From Verrucomicrobiia bacterium (GTDB taxonomy: Bacteria; Verrucomicrobiota; Verrucomicrobiia; Limisphaerales; DASXHY01), in the NCBI GenBank assembly GCA_035629175.1, contig DASPIL010000096.1, positions 232,309 to 296,308 on the forward strand: a DNA stretch of 64,000 bases. The letters are read 5' to 3'. The translations under genes were made by a program, and so were the position numbers. Numbering within the stretch: the stretch's first letter is position 1; the number at the start of each line of letters is the position of its first letter. The notes beneath the pieces were generated by a model. It searched no databases. It saw nothing but the letters and a program-made list of their open reading frames with translations, and had not been told where the DNA came from. Of the stretch, positions 46,279-53,281 are shown one piece after another.

Positions 46279-46596
46279 ATGTCTGGAACATATCGCATGC
46301 GGGATCTTTTGGAACTCCTGCTGCGCGAAAACGCGTGTGAGCTGCAGCTGAAATCCGGAACGTCGCCCTTCCTCAGCAGCGATTCCGCCCACCTGCCAAT
46401 CGACGTCCCCGCACTGAGCGTCGGAGACGTTCATGAGCTGCTCCAAAGCGTGGCAAGTGCTGAGCAGCTCGCGGAGCTTGGCCGCTGCGGAGATTTGCGT
46501 TTCGTTTACCCGCTCCAGCACGGGATCCGGTTCTCGATCACGGCGACTCTCGACAGCGAGACTTCATGCATCACCGTTCGAAATCTTCAACGTTAG
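46279..46596 (+). CDS. Stand-alone PilT/PilU N-terminal-domain-like protein (no ATPase core)
   Basis: ATG at 46279 within ORF 46060..46596. MRDLLELLLRENACELQLKSGTSPFLSSDSAHLPIDVPALSVGDVHELLQSV...DLRFVYPLQHGIRFSITAT aligns position-by-position with the first ~100 residues of PilT (ITELL...ASDLHL.AG.PP..R..G......PL......L...............D.SF.....RFRVN.F). The ORF stops before any Walker A motif. Confidence 0.55.
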   Translation: MSGTYRMRDLLELLLRENACELQLKSGTSPFLSSDSAHLPIDVPALSVGDVHELLQSVASAEQLAELGRCGDLRFVYPLQHGIRFSITATLDSETSCITVRNLQR

Positions 46597-46707
46597 GACG
46601 GCCATTGCGGCCGCTCGCTTCGGGAGAAGATTCCTTCCCTTAAAAACTTCTGCATCCAAACAGCAGGGGACGGCGGATATAGTCGTGAAAACCGACGCAT
46701 ACCCTGA

Positions 46708-47331
46708 GTGGAACGCATCCGACATCAAGAGCCCGGCATTTCGGAAAACCGATCCGCGGCGGCGTCGTCAGAGGCTGAATGGAGCGAGGACGCACGGCTC
46801 CTGACGCAGGTCGCAAACGGAAAGGAGAATGCCCTGGCTGAGTTGTATCGGCGCCGCAGCAAACTCATTTATTCGTTGCTGGCGCGGATGCTGGACAATG
46901 AGATCGATGCGCAGGAAACGCTGCAGGATGCGTTCGTGCTGATTTGGAAACGGGCGCACCGCTACGATGGAGGCCGTTCATCGCCCCTTTCCTGGATGGT
47001 CATGCTTGCACACGGACTGGCTCGCGACCGGTTGCGTGCCGCTTCACGGCGGAACCGCAATCGCGCCGTTTTTGAACGCGAGATTGTTGCCTTGGAGATC
47101 GAGATCAACACGCCGCGGCCCGCTGAGCGGGATGAGCTGGCCCGGGCTTGTGCCGCTGCCCTGAATCACTTGCCGGAGGAACAGGGGCGTGCATTGCAGC
47201 TCGCGTTTTATCGCGGGTGGACCCATGAAGAAATCGCGGGCGCTCTCAACGAACCGCTCGGAACTGTGAAAGCGCGGATCCGCCGCGCTTTGCTGGCGCT
47301 GCGCAAAAAGCTCAAGGAATATGAATCCTGA
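46708..47331 (+). CDS. ECF (sigma-70 family group IV) RNA polymerase sigma factor
   Basis: 207 aa with a GTG start (uncertain). Region 2 DAQETLQDAFVLIWKRAHRYD...SWMVMLAHGLARDRLR; region 4 EQGRALQLAFYRGWTHEEIAGALNEPLGTVKARIRRAL. Confidence 0.85.
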   Translation: MERIRHQEPGISENRSAAASSEAEWSEDARLLTQVANGKENALAELYRRRSKLIYSLLARMLDNEIDAQETLQDAFVLIWKRAHRYDGGRSSPLSWMVMLAHGLARDRLRAASRRNRNRAVFEREIVALEIEINTPRPAERDELARACAAALNHLPEEQGRALQLAFYRGWTHEEIAGALNEPLGTVKARIRRALLALRKKLKEYES

Positions 47332-48457
47332 ATCTTCGGAAGACGAAGCATTGCTATACGTGCTGGGCGAACTCACACCCGGTCAGCGCCAGGAGTTTGA
47401 AGCCCGATTGGCGGAGTCCTCTGAGCTCCGTTCGCTGCTGCATGATCTCGAGGAAGGAACGGTCGCCGCTGCAATGGCTGCACCGCCGAAGCTGCCGCCG
47501 TCGGCGGCCTGGAAAGGGATTGAGAAATCTATTGCACAGCAACCTTGCGAACACGCCCGGCCGGCACGCTGGATTCAATTTTTGAAGAGCGGGTGGGCGG
47601 CCGCGGGCGCGTGTCTGCTGGGATGGATTCTTTATGCATGGTGGGTCGATGCTCCCGCCCGGCAATTAGGTTTGCCGCAGTCCACCAAGGAAACTCCGCT
47701 CGTTTCCAATTCATCGTTTCCTTCCAATGATCATGAACTCCCGGCGCCGGCGGTGCCCGCCAATGAAGCCGCTCATTCTTCGTACGAGCCTCAATCGCAC
47801 GCCGCGGATGCGCTTCAGTGGCAGGTGAGAGCCCTCGAGAATCGTGTCGCGTATTTGTCCGAAGCGCTTGCCCGGCATCAGTCAGCGCTCAGCGAAACAA
47901 ATCGCATCCGGTTTGTGCGCGCCTCCGGCACGTCCGCGAATGGCCAGGGCGCGGCAATCGCAAACCTTTCACCCGGATTGCAGCGTGCGTTGATGCTGGC
48001 AGTTGCCCGCCAGCTTGGCTGGAATTCCGGCGCCGATCTTTTTGAATCAAACCTTCCCCTTTCTGAAAAGTATCCCGGTGTTGATTTTGTCGATTTCGAT
48101 CGAGGCACGAATGCAACATCCCGGCCGATCGCTGCGCAGCCTGCAATCCAAAGCGGAATGACTGATTCGGCCCCGACTGAGAATGCCGGGAGGCCAGAGC
48201 CTGCCGTTCCGGCATTCGTATCCGGCGAAACCCTCGTCGTGGCAATCGATTCCACCGTCGTGCCTCAAGGAAGCGAGCTGACTTTTTCAAATGGCGATGC
48301 ATCGCAGACGATAGGCATGGCGTTCTTGGGTGAGAATCCGCTGGTGGCGACTCTTTCACTCTCTGGGTTCTCGAGCCGCACCTTCATTTTGACAGCAACC
48401 TCCGTGTCAGGTGTTTCCCAGGTGTTCCAGATTTCAGTCGAGGGAACGCCGCCGTGA
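47321..48457 (+). CDS. Putative anti-sigma factor (single-pass membrane protein)
   Basis: 378 aa. Its start overlaps the sigma-factor stop by 11 nt. N-terminal LLYVLGELTPGQRQEFEARLAESSELRSLL resembles the RskA-type anti-sigma domain. One TM (GWAAAGACLLGWILYAWWV), then a ~270-aa outside domain. Confidence 0.65.
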   Translation: MNPESSEDEALLYVLGELTPGQRQEFEARLAESSELRSLLHDLEEGTVAAAMAAPPKLPPSAAWKGIEKSIAQQPCEHARPARWIQFLKSGWAAAGACLLGWILYAWWVDAPARQLGLPQSTKETPLVSNSSFPSNDHELPAPAVPANEAAHSSYEPQSHAADALQWQVRALENRVAYLSEALARHQSALSETNRIRFVRASGTSANGQGAAIANLSPGLQRALMLAVARQLGWNSGADLFESNLPLSEKYPGVDFVDFDRGTNATSRPIAAQPAIQSGMTDSAPTENAGRPEPAVPAFVSGETLVVAIDSTVVPQGSELTFSNGDASQTIGMAFLGENPLVATLSLSGFSSRTFILTATSVSGVSQVFQISVEGTPP

Positions 48458-48507
48458 ACGCTTTTGTCGAACGCCCCACCACTCGTGAAAATTCTGCGAA
48501 CTAAAGT

Positions 48508-49104
48508 ATGAAAATTACATTCCGGTTTACTGCTTCTTCATTCGGCCTCGCGGCCGCGCTTTTTGCAATGACGGCCCACGGGCAGGGAGTGTTCCAGGCA
48601 AGCCTGGCAACCCCGCCCGACGGCGGCGCGCAGCTCAGTACCGGCCGGTTCTGGGGTCGTGTCAGCGGGAACGAAATGGAATTTATGGCGGTGCTGTTCC
48701 AGGGCTTCGCGGGAATGTCCGAAGGCTTGGCGCCTGCGCTGATCGCCGATGGCACCGTCGTGTCATTTTCGCTTGGGCAAGGAACCGCTGCGGCGCTGCA
48801 TGGTGGCTACACAGTGGCGGATCGCAATCCATTCGTGCCCTGGACTCCGCCGTTTCAGTACGACGAAGACGGCAATCCTTACCTGATTGATAACGCGTCC
48901 ATTCGTTACGCCACGATTTACTCGGGCACCATTTCCCTCCCCGATGGCTTTCTTGAAGCGTTGATGAGAGGCGAGGGAGTGGTTCACCTGAATGACTTTT
49001 ACGTGGGAACGATCGCAGCCGTTCCGGAACCGTCCACATCGGTCTTTGTCTTCATCGCGGCAACGGTCTTCGTAGTTCGCAAAGCGCGCGGTCCGCGGCC
49101 GTAG
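48508..49104 (+). CDS. PEP-CTERM-anchored secreted protein
   Basis: 198 aa. Signal peptide (FGLAAALFAMTAHGQG). C-terminal VPEPSTSVFVFIAATVFVVRKARG is PEP + TM + basic, the exosortase sorting signal. Confidence 0.8.
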   Translation: MKITFRFTASSFGLAAALFAMTAHGQGVFQASLATPPDGGAQLSTGRFWGRVSGNEMEFMAVLFQGFAGMSEGLAPALIADGTVVSFSLGQGTAAALHGGYTVADRNPFVPWTPPFQYDEDGNPYLIDNASIRYATIYSGTISLPDGFLEALMRGEGVVHLNDFYVGTIAAVPEPSTSVFVFIAATVFVVRKARGPRP

Positions 49105-49913
49105 AGCTTCGCAAATTGCTCGAGCAAGGCGCAGGCGCGCGCCTGGTTTAGAGATGCGATGTCCAAAACTTCGTCGTGGCTGATCGGGTTGCGGGTCATG
49201 CCTGCGGCGAGATTGCTGATGCACGAAAGTCCGGCAACCCTGATGTTGCACGCGCGAGCCACAATCGCTTCGGGCACGGTGCTCATGCCGACTGCGTCGG
49301 CGCCGAGCCGTCGAAATGCCACAATTTCCGCTGGTGTCTCATAAGTGGGTCCGCTTACTGCCAGATAAATTCCCTCACGCAGGAGAACGCGACCTCGGGA
49401 AGCTGCAGTTTTCAGGAGCTTGCGAAGTCTGCTGTCATAAACTGCGCTCAGGTCCAGGAACTGCGGTGGTGTTTCCGCTATGTTGGATCGAAGGGGATTC
49501 ACGCCCATGAAATTAATGTGATCGCAGATGGACATGAAATCGCCTGCCCGGAAATTTCGATTGATCCCGCCCGCCGCATTCGTCAGCAGCAGGTCGGTGA
49601 TTCCGTAACATGCCAGCACTCGAATCGGGAACGTGATCTCTTCCATTGAATGCCCTTCATAGAAGTGGGAGCGTCCGCTCAATATGAGAATCGGAGTTCC
49701 TCCCAATCGCCCGATGTGCAGGTTCCCGCGATGACCTTGAACCTGCGTTCGGGGGAAACCCGGGATGCGGTCGTATGGCAGCGTTGCGTCGATGGCCATG
49801 CGGGTGGCGGCTTGAGCGAAGCCGCTGCCGAGCATGACCGCCAGTCTTGGACGAAACGATGACGCGTTCCGGATCAGTGCCGCCGCGCCATGTTCCTGCG
49901 GAAACCGTTTCAT
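48999..49913 (-). CDS. Purine nucleoside phosphorylase (PNP/MTAP family 2)
   Basis: 304 aa. AVMLGSGF...GHRGNLHIGRLGGTPILILSGRSHFYEG...TNAAGG...MSTVPE motifs. The last ~30 residues overlap the convergent PEP-CTERM gene and extend beyond the usual PNP length. Confidence 0.85.
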   Translation of the reverse strand: MKRFPQEHGAAALIRNASSFRPRLAVMLGSGFAQAATRMAIDATLPYDRIPGFPRTQVQGHRGNLHIGRLGGTPILILSGRSHFYEGHSMEEITFPIRVLACYGITDLLLTNAAGGINRNFRAGDFMSICDHINFMGVNPLRSNIAETPPQFLDLSAVYDSRLRKLLKTAASRGRVLLREGIYLAVSGPTYETPAEIVAFRRLGADAVGMSTVPEAIVARACNIRVAGLSCISNLAAGMTRNPISHDEVLDIASLNQARACALLEQFAKLYGRGPRALRTTKTVAAMKTKTDVDGSGTAAIVPT

Positions 49914-50107
49914 GTTGAATCAGCTTAGGAGGGTTCGCGGTTTGGAATCGACAATATCAATGATCAAAGTTGTGGGCTGATCGCTATGGACTTTCGAGAC
50001 TCGCTGGAGTAGAAGCAATCCGTTCCCACCACTTGTCGACGTCTGCATCAACGCAGGCGCCACGCCTTTTTGCAATCGGGCGACAGCCCACAAAGAAAGT
50101 TTTATCG

Positions 50108-52411
50108 ATGAAGTGGACTCATGTGGCGATCAAGACGGTGTGCGTTGTTGGCTCGTTTTTTTTGTGCGGTGCGCACGCGCAGGTTCTGACCAACGGCGTG
50201 CTCCAGGCGGGGGCTCTCGCCGTAAACACCACGAACTCCTATACGTTTGCGGCCAACGCAGGTGACGCCTTGCTGTTGCGTGCGGGCGCGCCGGCATTTC
50301 GTCCGCGTTTGGATGTTTACAATCCGGGCGGGATCCGAATCGGCGCAGCCGCCGGGGCGTCCAGCAGCGCCAACGACGCGCTGCTGGTCCTGCGCGCAAC
50401 GAACTCAGGGATCTTCACGGTTTCCTTCAGCGCTTTTTATGGGAACGCCAGCGGAGACTATTCCATCACGCTCGGTCGCGTTCCTGGCGATTTCGTGGTT
50501 TCGGCGGGCGACCAGGGCGGTGAACTGACGAACGGTTTTGCGTCGGCGGCTGCAATTGCGTTGGGCGATCTTGATTTGTGGCGGCTCGATGCGGATGCGG
50601 GAGACACAATTGCCATTCGCGTGGGCGCGCCAGGTTTCCGTCCGTATGTGCTGTTGTATGGGCCGAATGGCGTCGCCGTCGCTGAAAGCGCGGGCGCAAC
50701 GAGTTCCGCGAACGATGCGGCATTGATGGTGCGCGCGACCAACGGCGGAACGTTCACGGCAGTCGTCCAAAGTTATTATGACGACGGTGCGGGCGGCTAC
50801 ACCATCAACCTGGCGAAGTCAGGAGGCGAGATCATGGTTGCAGCGGGAGATGAGAGCGGACCGTTGATTAATGGTGCAACGACTTTGGGGAGCATTGAAC
50901 TCGGGGATATTGACGTTTGGGAATTCACGGCGGACGCGGGTGAGAACGTGTCGATTCGTGCAGGCGCGCCGACGATGCGGCCGTGGCTTGCCGTGATCGG
51001 GCCGAACGGCGCATTGCAGGATCAAGGTTTCGGCGCCGCCAGCGGCGCCAACGATGCAAACGTTTCTTTTGTGACCACGAACGCGGGGACGTTCAGGGTA
51101 CTGCTGCAAAGCTATTATGATGACAACACAAGCGATTACGCGCTGACGCTTGCAAAAGTGCCGGGTGTGTTTGTGGTTTCGCCGGGGGACGAGGGCGGCG
51201 AACTGACAAACGGAGTCGCGGCACTGGGAACGAACACTCTTGGGGACCTGGACGTGTGGAGTTTTTCAGCGATGGCCGGCGATCAGTTGGTGCTCCGTGT
51301 GGGCGCTCCGAACCTGAGGCCGTGGCTGCGCTTGTTCGGGCCGACCGGAAAGTTGCTGGGAGAGAACTTCGGTTCCGTAAGCAGCGACCACGATGCCTAT
51401 TTATCAGTGCGTTCCACGAACAGCGGTGTTTTTACCGTGCTCGTGCAAAGTGTTTACGATGACGCCGCAAGCCCTTACTCCCTGACGGCCGTGCGTGTTC
51501 CGGCCACCATCTTCGTGGGCGGCGGGGATGAAGGCGGATCCATGACAAATGGCGCGCAGCATCTTGCCACCAACAGTTTGGGGGACCTCGATGCCTGGAC
51601 GTTTCTGGCGCAGGCAGGGGACACGGTGCTTCTGCGCATGGGTGCGCCCCAATTCAGGCCGCGCATGGATGTTTACGGTCCTTCGGGCGAAGTGTCTGCG
51701 ACGGCGTTCGGCACGCTCAGCAGCGACAACGACGCAGGGTTGAGTTTCGTCGCAACCAACAGCGGGATCTTTACTGTTGTAGCCCACAGTTATTATTTGG
51801 ACGGCACGGGGGAGTATCGGATCAACCACGCGAGAATTCCGGCGCCCTTTGTGATTCACGGCGGTGACGAAGGCGGGTTGCTTGCCGGCTCTTCGCAGGA
51901 AGGCACGATTGAGTTGGGCGACCTGGACGTCTGGCGCTTTGGTGCTTGTCGCGGCCAGTTGATAACCCTCGTGTGTAACGAAGCTCCCGGCAGTTCTGCG
52001 CTCACTCCGCGCATCAGGCTCTTTGGCCCCAGCGGAGTTCAAGTGGCGAGCGTGAGTCATGTGACATCAGCCGTGTTGAACTATTTTCCAACCAACACCG
52101 GGATCTTCACTGCGGTCATCGATGCTGCGGCAGCAGACCAGACCGGAAGCTATCAACTCACGGGAAACGGACTTACTGACGAGTTGAGCCTTTGCGTGCC
52201 GCGGGTTGCGGGTTCCACCGTGACGATCGAAGGCCTGGGAGGAAATGCACACGGCGCGTATGCGCTCGCCACCACCACCAACCTGGCCACAAGCGGCTGG
52301 CAGAGAATTCAAACAAACCATTTCAACCTGCTGGGAAATTTTGTCGTGACGAATGTTTTGAACGTCGCGGAACCCCAACGCTATTTCCGTGTCTTGATGC
52401 TCGCGCCGTAA
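50108..52411 (+). CDS. Secreted protein built of six tandem ~113-aa pre-peptidase-C-terminal-like repeats plus a conserved C-terminal domain
   Basis: ORF 49970 starts at a TTG; ATG at 50108 gives the signal MKWTHVAIKTVCVVGSFFLCGAHA. Repeats carry LGDLDVW.F.A.AGD...R.GAP.(F/L)RP...(Y/F)GP.G...SS.NDA...TN.G.FTV..QSYYDD..G.Y. Confidence 0.8.
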   Translation: MKWTHVAIKTVCVVGSFFLCGAHAQVLTNGVLQAGALAVNTTNSYTFAANAGDALLLRAGAPAFRPRLDVYNPGGIRIGAAAGASSSANDALLVLRATNSGIFTVSFSAFYGNASGDYSITLGRVPGDFVVSAGDQGGELTNGFASAAAIALGDLDLWRLDADAGDTIAIRVGAPGFRPYVLLYGPNGVAVAESAGATSSANDAALMVRATNGGTFTAVVQSYYDDGAGGYTINLAKSGGEIMVAAGDESGPLINGATTLGSIELGDIDVWEFTADAGENVSIRAGAPTMRPWLAVIGPNGALQDQGFGAASGANDANVSFVTTNAGTFRVLLQSYYDDNTSDYALTLAKVPGVFVVSPGDEGGELTNGVAALGTNTLGDLDVWSFSAMAGDQLVLRVGAPNLRPWLRLFGPTGKLLGENFGSVSSDHDAYLSVRSTNSGVFTVLVQSVYDDAASPYSLTAVRVPATIFVGGGDEGGSMTNGAQHLATNSLGDLDAWTFLAQAGDTVLLRMGAPQFRPRMDVYGPSGEVSATAFGTLSSDNDAGLSFVATNSGIFTVVAHSYYLDGTGEYRINHARIPAPFVIHGGDEGGLLAGSSQEGTIELGDLDVWRFGACRGQLITLVCNEAPGSSALTPRIRLFGPSGVQVASVSHVTSAVLNYFPTNTGIFTAVIDAAAADQTGSYQLTGNGLTDELSLCVPRVAGSTVTIEGLGGNAHGAYALATTTNLATSGWQRIQTNHFNLLGNFVVTNVLNVAEPQRYFRVLMLAP
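50180..52190 (+). repeat. Intragenic tandem repeat, 6 units, period 339 bp (113 aa)
   Basis: The GAP-encoding anchor recurs at exactly 339-bp spacing. GGCGCGCC occurs at 50285, 50624 and 50963; variants ggcgctcc at 51302 and ggtgcgcc at 51641. The sixth unit is degenerate. Confidence 0.85.
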
Positions 52412-52567
52412 TGCAGGCCTGGAATCACCCGCGAATGAATGTTGTTCTCCGCGCTGCGGCGTCATTTCACCATCCGTAAAAATACGAGGGAACATACGTA
52501 CCATCAGGTATTTATTCTTAACATTAGATTGGTAGAGTCGCGGGGTGTGGACGGTCCGTAGCATCCA

Positions 52568-53281
52568 TTGAACAGCATCGCCTCCATCTTAAACGTGGCG
52601 GGATTCAACCTCGCAGGAACCTCGAGCGCTGCCCGCCCATCGCTCAATGGACTTCGGCGTGTCAGCGGCAGACCGGCTTTCCTTTTTGCATTCTGCTGCT
52701 TTCTTGCAGTCACGCATTTTCAAGTTCAACCCGCATGCGGACAGGGGCGGACTGTTCTTGATACGACTGGTGGCGGGCCATTGATCAGCGCGCAGATTGC
52801 GGTGTCTGATGGAAGCCTGGCCATCGAACGCATCTCGTTTCTCTTTGGCTTCACCACGGATGAAACCCAAACGCCCGGGGAGTTTCTCGATTCGCTGACG
52901 GCCGCCTTGTCGGATGAAACGTCCATCACCTTCATGCCGATCGTGACGGTTGATGCGGCCACGGTTCTGTGGGCGCCTGGGGGAGACGGGACTGTGCCGG
53001 TTTCGGATTCAGATTTGGTTCGTGAAGAAATTGCCTATCCCCTCGACGCTCCCATGCTGGCGACACGAAGGTCGTGGCGTGTCGAGTTTTTGGTTCCAGA
53101 CAATTTCCACGGCGCGCCGCTGTTCCTGTATTTCGACCTGTTCAACAACGGCAACAGTATGGGTTCCGCAGCATGGTTCGACGACGTCGTGGCGATTCCG
53201 GTTCCTGAACCTGCAGGCGCCAGCCTGATATTGATCGGGGTTTGCTGCAGGGCGATTTTCAAACGAAGGGACCCGGGTTGA
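52568..53281 (+). CDS. PEP-CTERM-anchored secreted protein
   Basis: 237 aa with a TTG start (uncertain; GTG at 52595 is possible). Hydrophobic signal FLFAFCCFLAV. C-terminal VPEPAGASLILIGVCCRAIFKRRD is PEP + TM + basic. Confidence 0.7.
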   Translation: MNSIASILNVAGFNLAGTSSAARPSLNGLRRVSGRPAFLFAFCCFLAVTHFQVQPACGQGRTVLDTTGGGPLISAQIAVSDGSLAIERISFLFGFTTDETQTPGEFLDSLTAALSDETSITFMPIVTVDAATVLWAPGGDGTVPVSDSDLVREEIAYPLDAPMLATRRSWRVEFLVPDNFHGAPLFLYFDLFNNGNSMGSAAWFDDVVAIPVPEPAGASLILIGVCCRAIFKRRDPG

